Source of the DNA: a virus
IMG/VR virus record: IMGVR_UViG_3300023172_000011
Coordinates: 54,643 to 118,642 of that record
Direction: 5' to 3' (one strand)
Length of the DNA: 64,000 bases
Shown here: piece after piece, positions 21,026 through 31,161 of the stretch
How positions within the stretch are numbered: position 1 is the first letter of the stretch
Layout of the letters: the number at the start of each line of letters is the position of its first letter
The notes under the pieces: model-generated
Database searches by the model: none
What the model was told of the DNA's origin: nothing
The model's input: the letters and a program-made list of their open reading frames with translations, nothing else
Program-made: the position numbers and the translations under genes

Positions 21026-24000
21026 TATGGACTTACTCCTACTGTTTGAGTATTATTTGCCGCATCTTGCAATGCCAACGCAACACCTTCTGGAGATGTA
21101 GAACCGTCTATCTTGTCAGCAGCCGTCTTAAACACTGATGCAACTGCGGAATAAACCATTCCCGTAATTTCTTTGCTGAAAGCAGCTTGAACGTCTGGCA
21201 TAGCAATAGTAATTTGTTGTGATCCTGTTATTTCAAATTTAGGAATTTGTTCAACGGAAGATCCTCCCGCCGGTGTGGTAACTGAAGGAGTTAATCCCGC
21301 CACGGACTGAGGAGGAGAAGCAATAGCAGGCATGACACTTGGCCCCGGTGACACTGACGGGGTGGTATTATTCACTCCCTGATCAATCGCCGTCGTCGTT
21401 TGCGGTGACACTGGCAAAGCGGAGGCTTGTGCTGCTTTTGCTTCCAAAGCCTCCAACTCTGCCTGTTTTGTGTGCATTGCATCAGATGCTGCCTGTCGGA
21501 CTCTAGCTGCTTCTTTCTGTTGTCTAACTAGAGTCGCTCTCGTGTTACTTCCCTTACCGGAACGGGAACGCCGGACAGGCATTGAATTTAATTTCTTAGT
21601 TATGTTATGTTCATCTTGTGCTGCTTTTCCAGCCGCTGCCTTCGCTAATTGTACCTCTCTTCGTTTATCTGCTATTTTTTTCGTTAATTCAGGATCTTCT
21701 CCTTTTTCGGCTAGACCTTGTGCCTTCTTAGTAGCGTTAATCTGATTCTGTCTAGCAGCATTCATTCCATTAGCAATCGCGTCAGTCAGATCCTGACCTA
21801 ACTTCTTCTCTAGATCAGCTACAGCGGTAGCAAATTGACTTACAATCCCAGCCATGTCTTTAGTATTTTGCAATTCCTGATTCAACTGTGCCTCTTTTAA
21901 TGCTCTTTCTGACTCAAATAGTCTTTTAATAACCTCTTCTTGATTTTTAATACCTTCCGCTAATTTTTGATCAATCGGCACAGCTTTCTTAGCGGCTTTG
22001 GCGGCAAAGTCTGCTTTTTGAGATCTGCTGATCAGACCGGCACGTACAGCTTCCTCGGCGGCAATATCTCCCTTAACCTGAGCACCTGTTCTACCGCCAA
22101 ATTGTGCTAGACGAACATCTGAAAATTGATCTAAGAACGAAGATACTTGACCACGCATTTCTCCACTAAGACCAGCAAGACTTCCTTGTGAAGCCGCCAT
22201 TTGTGCAGCGTTTGCACTTCTTAATAGATCCCCACGCTGTTCATCCGTGCCAAATGCAAACTGATTAACTAGATCGCCCTGTGCATCGCGTAGAGCCTGT
22301 GTTGCGTCACGTTGAGCAATAGCCTGTTCACGTAAAGCATCGAGCTTAGTCTTTTCTGCATCAATCTGATCGTTAATTATCTTTAAATATTCTGGACCAA
22401 CTTGTTTAAGTTTCTTTGCGTCAGCAACAATTACTGCAACATCTGCTGCTATCTCGTTCTCAGCCGAGGCTCCAAAACCAAACATTGCTGCGATAGTCCC
22501 AGCAGCTTGCTGCCCCGGACGGACATCCGCACGAAAGCCAAATGATCGCCTAGCCTGTGCAACTCTACCTGCTTGTTCTTCAGCAAATTTAATATTTCTA
22601 GCAGCAGATGCTTTTCTACCTCTTGTTGTTTGATCTACATCAAAAAAGTCTTGACTTTCTTTAATAAGAGACGCTATCTTCATGCTAGATTCTTTTTGAA
22701 TATCATATAGCTGCTTTGCATCTGCAACACGCTTGGCAGCTACTTCAAGCTCTTTGTCCTGAAGCTCCTGTCGTTTTTCCTGTAGCTTTTCAATGTTTTC
22801 CTTTTGTTCCTCAAAAAATCTAGCAGCGGTTTCTCCAAGCTGTTTCTTTACCTCATCAGCAGCAACGGTGGCATCTAAACTACTGGCAAGTTTTCTAGCG
22901 TATTCAAGCAGTCCAGCTTCCAATTCTGTACTTACATTGCCGCCCAACTGTTTGATCAATTCGTCTTTTAGGGCTGTGATTTCAGTGTCTGCCAGCCCCT
23001 CGGCAACTTTGCCCTTATCATCTGCTGTAGTGCTAACTCTTGCTGCTTTTTGTGCAGCAAGGACTTTTTCGGTAACAGATTGATTTGTTGTCAATATGTT
23101 TTCTAACTTATCAATAGCTGCAAATTCATTTTGTGTTCTTCTTAGAAAATCTTGCCTACCAGTGCCTAAATTATTTGCTGCGGCAGTTCTGTTAATAGAC
23201 TGAAGCATTTCTTCAAAAGCGGTACTGTCGCGAAGTATCTGTTCACCACTCATACCCATTGTACGAGTAGAAATACCAGTTCCGGCCAATGCGTCTTCAT
23301 TAGTTAATTGTCCAGTACCTATTTTACTAAACTTATCAGAAAGATTTGAAAATTCTGAAATAGTGTTATTAATACTATCTTGACTTTCCTGCCATGATCT
23401 ATTAAGTTCAATAATAGTACGTATTCTTTCGGCCTCGATCTGCCTCTCTTTATTTAGAGCTGCCTGCTGAGCGATTTGTTGCTGAAGTTGTGCTATTAAC
23501 TGTTTATTTTGTTCTGCGGATTTCTTCTTTTCTTCCAGTTCTTTCTTCTCCATTTCCAATCTAGCCTTAGCCTGTTTAGAAGCATTCTTAGTCCAAGGAA
23601 ACCATCTAGTTTCTATATCAGCGGCCTGATCAGATATGGCTTGATTTTGCATTTCTATTGCTGCCGCCGCCTCCTCTGCTGCGACTTTTTGTTTTTGATA
23701 TATTGCTTCTACATCTGCTGCACTTGAAACATCTACATCGCCAAACATATCAGCAAATGCTTCATCTCCAAACTGATCTTTTAATTGTGCAAAAGCGTCT
23801 TCGTATGTTCCACCAGCAGCAATCACCTTAACAGCCGCTGAAGTCATTTCATTAGCCACCTGTAGCTGTATATCTCTTTGTGCTTGCCCCGCCGCTTGAA
23901 TGGCTTTTCCGGCTTCTTCATAACCTTCTATAATCGCCTTATGGCTTTTGCCCAGAGATGATTTTAAGGCCATTGCACCGCCAATTAGACCACCAGCCAC

Positions 24001-27000
24001 GGCTCCAATACCTGTTCCAATAATGGGAACAAAGCTTCCTATTGCTGCTCCAGCTATAGCACCACCAGCAGCTCCAGCAAGAGCATCTGCCCCTGCTTGT
24101 TTTCCAGCACTAGCTTCAGCTAATTTTGTTTTTGTTGTATCTATTTTAGATCGAGTGTTAGAAATAGCTCCTTTAGCTTCACTATAAGCCGCTTTAAATT
24201 CTCCCCTATCTCCACGAATGAAAGCATCATTGATGCTTTTACTAGATGACACCATCTTTTTATCTAGGGCAACCACAGACGCTTGCATTTCAGCAGTTGC
24301 TTTAACAACTCCGCCAATGCTAGTTTCCCAAACTGGTAAAAGCGACTGCACTGCGGAAAGAAATCCTCCAATAACTGGAATGCCTCTCAACATGGACTGA
24401 TTATATTCGTTAAGTGCTGCAACGCCAGCAGCTTGAGCATCTCCTAGTTCAATTGCTTGTTCTTTTTGCTTTCCATAGTCTTGACTAAATAATGAATCTG
24501 CAAAGCCTCCTACTAATTCAGCCCACATAGCTACATTAAGACCTTTAGCCAGTCCTGCCGCACCTTTGACAATCGCAGTAGAATTTTTACTTATTCCAAC
24601 TGCTAAGCCCTGCAAAGGCTTACCAACTTTGTTTGGCAGTTTTTTCCCAACATCAAACAAGGTTCTACTAAATGCTTTCACGTTATTTTTGTCAACCCTG
24701 CCTAATATATCAGCCGTTCCTCCAAATTTACCCGCTTTAACTTGAGCAGTATCCAATGCTGCTTGATTGAGATTAAGGCCAGCAAAGTTTTTCAAACCTG
24801 AAGTAAGTGCGGCAAATCCAAAGATAACTTGAGCACTATTTAGGCTTAGCTTTTTAGCCGCCTCGGCGGCTTTGTCCTGAGCGTCTGCCGCTTTCTTTCC
24901 AGATTGCTCAACTTTAATCAAGGCATAACCAGATTTGCTTGCCGCATCAACTAAACCCTCTACTTTCGTGGTGGCTAATTCAGTAGCCTCAGCCTCTGCT
25001 TTCTTAGCAACAATAAGTCCTCCACCGACCCCGCCGCCTCCAGCACCACCGCCGCCTCCAGCACCACCGCCGCCTCCAGCACCACCGCCAATACCAGCAG
25101 AAATTCTTTCTAAAGCCGCGTTCATTTTTTCAAGACGCTTATTTGCTATGTCTCTTACTCTTATATCATCTTTGAAGGTTTTATCATCTCCACCCGCTCT
25201 ATCTGGATGTGATCTAATATAGGCAACTTTATTTAATTTAACAAGTTCTTGCAATAATTTAATTTGCTGCTTAATAGCATCAGCGTCGGATGTATCTATT
25301 TGAGTCCTCTTGTCTCCCTGATTTGTCAGTTTAAGAAGTTCACTTATTCTTCCTCTATCAACTTCGCCACCTCCCGCAAATCTTTGTACAATGCCTCCTT
25401 TAGCATACTTATTAATGTTTTTGAGATTGTTATAACCATAAGCCTGAGCAGACTTTTTATTGACAACAAATTCACCGGGAGTTAAGAGTGCGGGAACAGT
25501 ATCGGTTCCTGCACCAGAAATTGAACCTCCAACATTTTTTTCTTGTATATATTGACCAAGGTCTTCCAAGTCCCATGTAAATCTTTCATCCGATCCTTTT
25601 TCCATAATAGCAACACCAAAATTTTTCTTTCCGGGCGTCCGCTTTCGTCCATCCCCTGATAAAAATCTTGCAATTTTACTTAATATGTTTGCTCGCTCGG
25701 GTCTAGTTTTTTTGGCATCAGTTGGCATAGCACCTCTACCAACTAAATTAAAATAGCTATTTTTAAGGCCGGTAGGAAAATCAAATGGTTTTAATGGATC
25801 ATCATTGTCGGTAAAATTACCACCAGAAGCTCTTGATAAAGCCGCTTCAAATAATACCCCAACAACTGATTCATATTGAGGTATATTTTTAATAGTTCCT
25901 CTAACTTTTTTTGAATCCTTATTCATAGACTTTGCTAAATCATTTACTGCTTTAGCCATACCAGCGTTTAATGTGTCTTCTGCAATACCGTCCCTCTGTG
26001 GTCTATCATAGATAATCTCTCCACCATCCGCATAACGATTTATCTTGCCCAAATTAGCAGCACCAAATGCCTGCACAGCACTTTTTCTAACTACAAACTC
26101 TCCCGGCGTCAGCATAGCTGGGACCGTATCACCATTGCCACTTCCCGGAACAATACCCCCTCTAGCAAATCCTTTAGGAGCTACAGCAGCCTCTTTCAAT
26201 CCCTTTAAACTAAACCCTCCTGAAATAAGAGTTCCTAAACCTTTGCCAATCTTAAATGCCGTCAGAGTGGCTAAAATAGGAAGTAATGGCTTAAACGCAG
26301 CCGTTAAGCGAATCACAGTTCTAGCAATTGATATAAAGGTTTCAGCAAGAAACTTGAACGAGCTAGAGTCAACAAATTCGGCAATTAATGCACCAAATTC
26401 TTGACGCAACACTCCTAATTGGAAGCCAAGACCCTGTTGTGCCTTTTCTATGTCTTTGGTGCTTTCAGCACTAGCTTGGTTTTGTAGATCTAATGCTCTT
26501 TGTGATTTATTAAATTGTTCGAGCAATGGCACCACTTTAGATAGCTGTCGAATACCACCAATTTGTTCTACGACCTGTGCAAACTGAACAGAGCCTGCAC
26601 GAATGCCAAGTTCGTCTAACCCCTCGCTAATTCGTTTGATGGCCTCATATGGCCCAATGAATTGACCTTCGGCAGTTTGTAACTGAATACCTAATTCCTT
26701 AAAGTATTCAATAGTTTTAGGTCTCTGTAAACGACCAAAAATAGTACGGAAACCAGTAGCAATAGTTTCAGCACTTTCACGAGAAGTAGATCTAACAGAT
26801 GTGAACAATGCAATCAGTTCTTCAACATTACCACCCGCCGCACTAAATGCACCACCAGTTCTTCTAATTGCTTCAACAATGTCTCCAGATTCAACAGCAA
26901 ACCTTTTTGAAACAATGTTAATTTCTTCAAGTACTTTTGAACTAGAAGATACCGTAAGGTTAAACGTCTGCATAACAGCAATCAAACCTTCAGTAGTAGA

Positions 27001-27543
27001 TGTTAAGTTATCAAAAGATGCTAACAAGCTAGTTCTAGCAAGTAATTCAGCACCCTTAGCGGCTTCTCTAAAAGAAAGGCCGGTCTGAGTTAAAGTTCTA
27101 GTTAACTGTGCAATCTTAGTAATATTAACATTATAGGTCTTTGAGATATTGAGTAGTTCTTTACCATATTCTTTAGTTTGAGAGATAGTATCTCCGGTAA
27201 CTTGAGATATTTTAATTAACTCGGTCTCATATTTAACGGCTTCTCTAGTAGCTTGTGCCACAGCACCAGTTAATTTGAGAACTGCTGTGCTGATTGCCGT
27301 AAAAGTGGCATAATTAGCGGCTCTGCCAGTGAGAGCTTGAAAAAAAGATTCACTGGCTTTCTCGCCTTTTTTTAAATTGTTCCTAGTTTTTTCGATTTCA
27401 CTATTGGCTTTGGCAAACCCTTTAGTGTCTAAACCACCAATATTTATGCCGCCAAGACCAGCCTCTATCTGCTTCTTAACGCGACTTATGTTAGCACCAG
27501 ATGGTGCTTGCATATTCATCTGCATATTGAAATCGTAAGCCAT
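21025..27543 (-). CDS. tail tape measure protein
   Basis: 2172 aa, Ala/Lys/Gln-rich and helical. TP901-type core ('AETIATGFRTIFGRLQ'), 'DTVPAMLTPGEFVV' motifs, hydrophobic 'GAAIGSFVPIIGTGIG'. Confidence 0.93.
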   Translation of the reverse strand: MAYDFNMQMNMQAPSGANISRVKKQIEAGLGGINIGGLDTKGFAKANSEIEKTRNNLKKGEKASESFFQALTGRAANYATFTAISTAVLKLTGAVAQATREAVKYETELIKISQVTGDTISQTKEYGKELLNISKTYNVNITKIAQLTRTLTQTGLSFREAAKGAELLARTSLLASFDNLTSTTEGLIAVMQTFNLTVSSSSKVLEEINIVSKRFAVESGDIVEAIRRTGGAFSAAGGNVEELIALFTSVRSTSRESAETIATGFRTIFGRLQRPKTIEYFKELGIQLQTAEGQFIGPYEAIKRISEGLDELGIRAGSVQFAQVVEQIGGIRQLSKVVPLLEQFNKSQRALDLQNQASAESTKDIEKAQQGLGFQLGVLRQEFGALIAEFVDSSSFKFLAETFISIARTVIRLTAAFKPLLPILATLTAFKIGKGLGTLISGGFSLKGLKEAAVAPKGFARGGIVPGSGNGDTVPAMLTPGEFVVRKSAVQAFGAANLGKINRYADGGEIIYDRPQRDGIAEDTLNAGMAKAVNDLAKSMNKDSKKVRGTIKNIPQYESVVGVLFEAALSRASGGNFTDNDDPLKPFDFPTGLKNSYFNLVGRGAMPTDAKKTRPERANILSKIARFLSGDGRKRTPGKKNFGVAIMEKGSDERFTWDLEDLGQYIQEKNVGGSISGAGTDTVPALLTPGEFVVNKKSAQAYGYNNLKNINKYAKGGIVQRFAGGGEVDRGRISELLKLTNQGDKRTQIDTSDADAIKQQIKLLQELVKLNKVAYIRSHPDRAGGDDKTFKDDIRVRDIANKRLEKMNAALERISAGIGGGAGGGGGAGGGGGAGGGGVGGGLIVAKKAEAEATELATTKVEGLVDAASKSGYALIKVEQSGKKAADAQDKAAEAAKKLSLNSAQVIFGFAALTSGLKNFAGLNLNQAALDTAQVKAGKFGGTADILGRVDKNNVKAFSRTLFDVGKKLPNKVGKPLQGLAVGISKNSTAIVKGAAGLAKGLNVAMWAELVGGFADSLFSQDYGKQKEQAIELGDAQAAGVAALNEYNQSMLRGIPVIGGFLSAVQSLLPVWETSIGGVVKATAEMQASVVALDKKMVSSSKSINDAFIRGDRGEFKAAYSEAKGAISNTRSKIDTTKTKLAEASAGKQAGADALAGAAGGAIAGAAIGSFVPIIGTGIGAVAGGLIGGAMALKSSLGKSHKAIIEGYEEAGKAIQAAGQAQRDIQLQVANEMTSAAVKVIAAGGTYEDAFAQLKDQFGDEAFADMFGDVDVSSAADVEAIYQKQKVAAEEAAAAIEMQNQAISDQAADIETRWFPWTKNASKQAKARLEMEKKELEEKKKSAEQNKQLIAQLQQQIAQQAALNKERQIEAERIRTIIELNRSWQESQDSINNTISEFSNLSDKFSKIGTGQLTNEDALAGTGISTRTMGMSGEQILRDSTAFEEMLQSINRTAAANNLGTGRQDFLRRTQNEFAAIDKLENILTTNQSVTEKVLAAQKAARVSTTADDKGKVAEGLADTEITALKDELIKQLGGNVSTELEAGLLEYARKLASSLDATVAADEVKKQLGETAARFFEEQKENIEKLQEKRQELQDKELEVAAKRVADAKQLYDIQKESSMKIASLIKESQDFFDVDQTTRGRKASAARNIKFAEEQAGRVAQARRSFGFRADVRPGQQAAGTIAAMFGFGASAENEIAADVAVIVADAKKLKQVGPEYLKIINDQIDAEKTKLDALREQAIAQRDATQALRDAQGDLVNQFAFGTDEQRGDLLRSANAAQMAASQGSLAGLSGEMRGQVSSFLDQFSDVRLAQFGGRTGAQVKGDIAAEEAVRAGLISRSQKADFAAKAAKKAVPIDQKLAEGIKNQEEVIKRLFESERALKEAQLNQELQNTKDMAGIVSQFATAVADLEKKLGQDLTDAIANGMNAARQNQINATKKAQGLAEKGEDPELTKKIADKRREVQLAKAAAGKAAQDEHNITKKLNSMPVRRSRSGKGSNTRATLVRQQKEAARVRQAASDAMHTKQAELEALEAKAAQASALPVSPQTTTAIDQGVNNTTPSVSPGPSVMPAIASPPQSVAGLTPSVTTPAGGSSVEQIPKFEITGSQQITIAMPDVQAAFSKEITGMVYSAVASVFKTAADKIDGSTSPEGVALALQDAANNTQTVGVSP
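25031..25084. repeat. 18-bp tandem repeat x3 (CCGCCGCCTCCAGCACCA) encoding a GAGGGG linker
   Basis: Three perfect adjacent copies read directly from the sequence. Confidence 0.9.
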
Positions 27544-27554
27544 TTATCTGCCTA

Positions 27555-28430
27555 TCATGCTGTTGCTTCTTCAGCCGCTGCTACTTCTTCTTTTTTTTTA
27601 GCACGCTTAGCTGAAGATGCTCGGGATTTGCTAGCTGGTTTGACATCCTCTACGGCATTGTCCAAATCATCTTCAAATTCTAGACTATCAATAACATCAT
27701 CTTCTAAAACTGGATTATTATTAATGTCAATGCGGTTGCCTTCTTTGTCAATTCTGGCACCGTCTTTGTCAAGCAAGTTACCCTCTATATCTACTCTATG
27801 GCCTTGCTTATTTATTAGCTGGCCTTTATCATTAAGTAAACCTAGCTTATCAAGTACTCTATTTTCTAATAGCTTATCTTCGTAGTTATCGTCTAGACCA
27901 TAAGCAAAGTTGGCATATTCTTCAGCACATTTGATGGCTAATTCAGAATCCGCCTGCTCTATATATTCCTCTAAAGAAGAGAAGACTCGCTTTTGTGTTT
28001 CATAGTCAATAACAGATGCGGTGATTAGATAGAAGAATCTTTGATTATCTGCAATACCATCAGCGGTTGCAGAGTCCATTGAATTTCTTACCATAAGCAA
28101 AGACGCAAGCTCAGAGCGAATTCTTTTAAGTTCAAAGCTCTTATCTTTAAGCTGAGAAGCTAGCTTATATTGCCCGCTTTTAATTTTATATTCGATCTCC
28201 GCACTTTTCTTAATAAGGCGGTCGTATTCTTCTTGCTTGTCATCATCCCATAAGCCCTGACGACGCATATGATCCTCAAGACTTTTCTTGAGAATAGCAC
28301 CTTCTTCTATTGCTTTCTTGAAGGCTTTATTGTACACTTTCTGTGCCTCAACAACATCGGCGGCACTTGCTGGCCTAACAATGTAGTCCTTGTCTTTAAA
28401 TGTAAAACGTTTTTCATCTTTCTTAGCCAT
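27555..28430 (-). CDS. putative tail assembly chaperone
   Basis: Lies between tube and TMP. GAGGG RBS before MAKKDEK. Short 'DxxGxxI' repeats near the C-terminus. Confidence 0.55.
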   Translation of the reverse strand: MAKKDEKRFTFKDKDYIVRPASAADVVEAQKVYNKAFKKAIEEGAILKKSLEDHMRRQGLWDDDKQEEYDRLIKKSAEIEYKIKSGQYKLASQLKDKSFELKRIRSELASLLMVRNSMDSATADGIADNQRFFYLITASVIDYETQKRVFSSLEEYIEQADSELAIKCAEEYANFAYGLDDNYEDKLLENRVLDKLGLLNDKGQLINKQGHRVDIEGNLLDKDGARIDKEGNRIDINNNPVLEDDVIDSLEFEDDLDNAVEDVKPASKSRASSAKRAKKKEEVAAAEEATA

Positions 28431-28440
28431 TGTTTCCCTC

Positions 28441-28764
28441 CTAATTTTCATTCATTCTTTTTAAAGGTAAGTTTATATGATACTTATTCCACACAATATC
28501 ATAATTTTCTATTTCGGCTTCTGAGTTACGAATTTGAGCATTGCCTTTATCTAATATCTCAGTTCTTAACTCTTCAAACACTTCTCGAATTTGTAATTGC
28601 TCCTTTGTTAGTTCTGATTCAGAACCCTCTCCCCAAAGAAAGCCAAAAAACTTTTCAACACTTGATAAAGATCCAATCATTGTTGTTTGTATTCGTTTTC
28701 TTATTTCTTTTTTTAATCTTGTCTTGGATCTTTCATTCAAGATTTGATCTTTCCTATTTTCCAC
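28441..28764 (-). CDS. hypothetical protein (tail chaperone region)
   Basis: GGAG RBS. Helical 107-aa ORF in the operon. Confidence 0.6.
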   Translation of the reverse strand: MENRKDQILNERSKTRLKKEIRKRIQTTMIGSLSSVEKFFGFLWGEGSESELTKEQLQIREVFEELRTEILDKGNAQIRNSEAEIENYDIVWNKYHINLPLKRMNEN

Positions 28765-28766
28765 AA

Positions 28767-29792
28767 TTATCTCCTTCTATTACTATGTTTGGACATTTCC
28801 GCAGCTTGCATTTGTATACTTTGTCTTGTACTTGTTAAGTCTGCTTCGGATAATGAACCCCGTGTTTCTAAGTCTTTTTTTAGTGATTTCAATTTGGCTT
28901 TTCCAGCCCCATCGTTTAGTGACATAACATCTTGAGCTTCGCGTTGATTTTTAACTGGTATGAATATTTCTCCAGCATCTGACATATTTTTAGGCAACAT
29001 CTTTTCGGCATTGCGTTGTTTTTCTTCTTCTTTTCGTTTTCTTCGTTGAGAAATAGACCATCCATCTATTGCTATATCATCTTCTATTATTTCATCGAAT
29101 GGCTTATCCATTGATTGATAAACGCCTTCGTAATAACTTGACCATCCAACTACCGACAATTGAAATCCAGTTAAAGTAGAATGTTTATTATCGAAAACCT
29201 CATGCTTTAGAGAAAACCAGTAGTTTTTCCAAGCATCAGATTTTGCTACCTCTCTAGCCCTTGAACCAATTAAGTATGTTTGATCTTTAAATTTAGAAAC
29301 TAATTTATGTATGGAAAACTTATCAGAAGCTAATTGTCCGTTTGATAAAAATGCATTCTTTGATAAAACATGGGATTCAAATGCATAGGATTTTATATAT
29401 TCACATGTCTTATCATAAAATGTATGCTTGGTAGTATATAAGTTATTTACTTTATCTTCTATTCCGCTAATAGCCCGCTTGATATACTCTTTGGTTTGAC
29501 TGTTATAAAACTGATTAAAGTAGTCAAGTTTCATATTGTCAATATTATCTCTTAACTCTTTTAATTTATCATCGTCCTCTTTATTCCAATAACCTAGTTC
29601 AATCAAATGATTTTCAGCATCTTCTTGAGTCCATATTCCATCAATTAAAGCATCGTCATATTGCTCTTGTGAAAAAAAATCCGCAAAAGTTTTATCTTCT
29701 GCGGAAGGAGGCTTGCAATAAATATATTCCTTCCCGATGCGAAGAATAACAATGCCTGAAATCACTGCATTAACTAAGTCCAGTTTTTCCAT
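28767..29792 (-). CDS. putative tail assembly chaperone
   Basis: First gene after the tail tube. Contains 'IIEDDIAIDGW'. Confidence 0.5.
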   Translation of the reverse strand: MEKLDLVNAVISGIVILRIGKEYIYCKPPSAEDKTFADFFSQEQYDDALIDGIWTQEDAENHLIELGYWNKEDDDKLKELRDNIDNMKLDYFNQFYNSQTKEYIKRAISGIEDKVNNLYTTKHTFYDKTCEYIKSYAFESHVLSKNAFLSNGQLASDKFSIHKLVSKFKDQTYLIGSRAREVAKSDAWKNYWFSLKHEVFDNKHSTLTGFQLSVVGWSSYYEGVYQSMDKPFDEIIEDDIAIDGWSISQRRKRKEEEKQRNAEKMLPKNMSDAGEIFIPVKNQREAQDVMSLNDGAGKAKLKSLKKDLETRGSLSEADLTSTRQSIQMQAAEMSKHSNRRR

Positions 29793-29802
29793 CCTAAAAT
29801 CC

Positions 29803-29832
29803 TAAAAATCCCGGAGGGGTTTCCCCCTCCGG
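29803..29832 (-). terminator. intrinsic terminator after the tail tube gene
   Basis: Minus strand CCGGAGGGG-GAAA-CCCCTCCGG followed by GATTTTT. Confidence 0.75.
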
Positions 29833-29852
29833 AACTGTTTAACTAATTTATA

Positions 29853-31118
29853 TTAACCAAAGTAGTCTTTCCAATAATCAGCGGAGTTGATAGGAGCCGG
29901 ATCTCCAGAATGAAGAACAACAAAGTCGTTAGAATTAGTGAAGCTATAGCTTACCGTGGCATTTCCTCCACCGGCATCTCCTCCACCATATGAAACGCTT
30001 GTTAGCTTATTCTTATTACCTAATTGAATAACTGTACTATCATCAAGAACAAATTGAATTGAGTGATTAGCAAGGTTTTTACCAACTGGAACACCAATGT
30101 TTTTGCCTGTACCAGCACTTGGATAGCCTTCTTCATAAGCATCAATATTATCTCCACCCACGGCAATGACTTCAATATCACAAGTCACATCTACAGGGAA
30201 GGAAACATAGCGATAGTAAGGTGCTTTCTTACCAAGCTGCGAAATGTTTTCACGACCAAGATCAACACTTACACTAGCAGATTGTAGATAAGGTCCAGTA
30301 GCACTATCAATATAAGTTACATTAGTATACAGACCAGTATATGCTCCTCCTTCAACGCCAGTAGCACCGGGAGTACCTCCTTCGATAAAGGCTGGCACAA
30401 CTGTTCTAAAATTGACTGAACCACTGCCAAATGATTTGCCAGTACTTCCTGTAACAACATTTTGACGACGCAAAACGCTATTAGCTTCACCAACTGGTGC
30501 ATCATTACCAAAGACGCTAGAGCTAAATGCCGAGGCAATAGTTCCAGTTCCAGTTACCAGTAATCCACCTGAATCAGTATCTGTCAACCATTGCTTATCA
30601 TTACCAACAAAAGTGGTTGATTCAGTAAAGTTGCCATCTGTGCTCAAGCTATAAGATACAGAACTGATATAAGTACCAGAGCAATAAAGTTCTGCTACAC
30701 CGCTATTGGTTCCGCCCTCTTGAATTTCATCAGATGTGTCGTAGCCAATAACCATTCTGATATCTGATCGAGGTGCTGCACGACCAGTTAGTGTTGCGTT
30801 TGCCGCAGTAGGGGTTCCAGCATGATATGCTAAAGTATAACCATCAAGAATCTTCTCAAAGCTAACTTCGATTTCTGGAATTTCTTCGTAGTTTTCATAC
30901 AAAGAAAGCTGTCCAAGTTCAAAGATTTGCTCTAAATTAAAGTTGGTTGATACTCCGATGGACTGCAAGCCATGCATAATCATGACCTTTCCAGTACCAT
31001 CTAAATCACCGTCTCCGGGTTGCCAACTATCGACAATGCTTGTTGCCGCTCTGTCTCCTAATGCTACACCTTGTGTAGCATAGAAGACTCTATTGTTTGT
31101 ATTTGTTACGTATGCCAT
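29853..31118 (-). CDS. major tail tube protein
   Basis: 'GLQSIGVSTNFNLEQIFELGQL' and a second half with 'QSASVSVDLGRENISQLG' (tandem tube folds). Own promoter and terminator. Confidence 0.75.
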   Translation of the reverse strand: MAYVTNTNNRVFYATQGVALGDRAATSIVDSWQPGDGDLDGTGKVMIMHGLQSIGVSTNFNLEQIFELGQLSLYENYEEIPEIEVSFEKILDGYTLAYHAGTPTAANATLTGRAAPRSDIRMVIGYDTSDEIQEGGTNSGVAELYCSGTYISSVSYSLSTDGNFTESTTFVGNDKQWLTDTDSGGLLVTGTGTIASAFSSSVFGNDAPVGEANSVLRRQNVVTGSTGKSFGSGSVNFRTVVPAFIEGGTPGATGVEGGAYTGLYTNVTYIDSATGPYLQSASVSVDLGRENISQLGKKAPYYRYVSFPVDVTCDIEVIAVGGDNIDAYEEGYPSAGTGKNIGVPVGKNLANHSIQFVLDDSTVIQLGNKNKLTSVSYGGGDAGGGNATVSYSFTNSNDFVVLHSGDPAPINSADYWKDYFG

Positions 31119-31161
31119 AATTTAAACTCCCATTATGGAAAAAATGTTACTTTTCTAGATA

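Noticed and set aside
27585-27605. A9 run near the end of the 27555-28430 gene as a tail-chaperone -1 frameshift site
   Set aside because: The -1 frame hits TGA within about 7 codons and joins no downstream ORF. The T8 run near 29672 is too close to its gene's start to fit the G/GT pattern.
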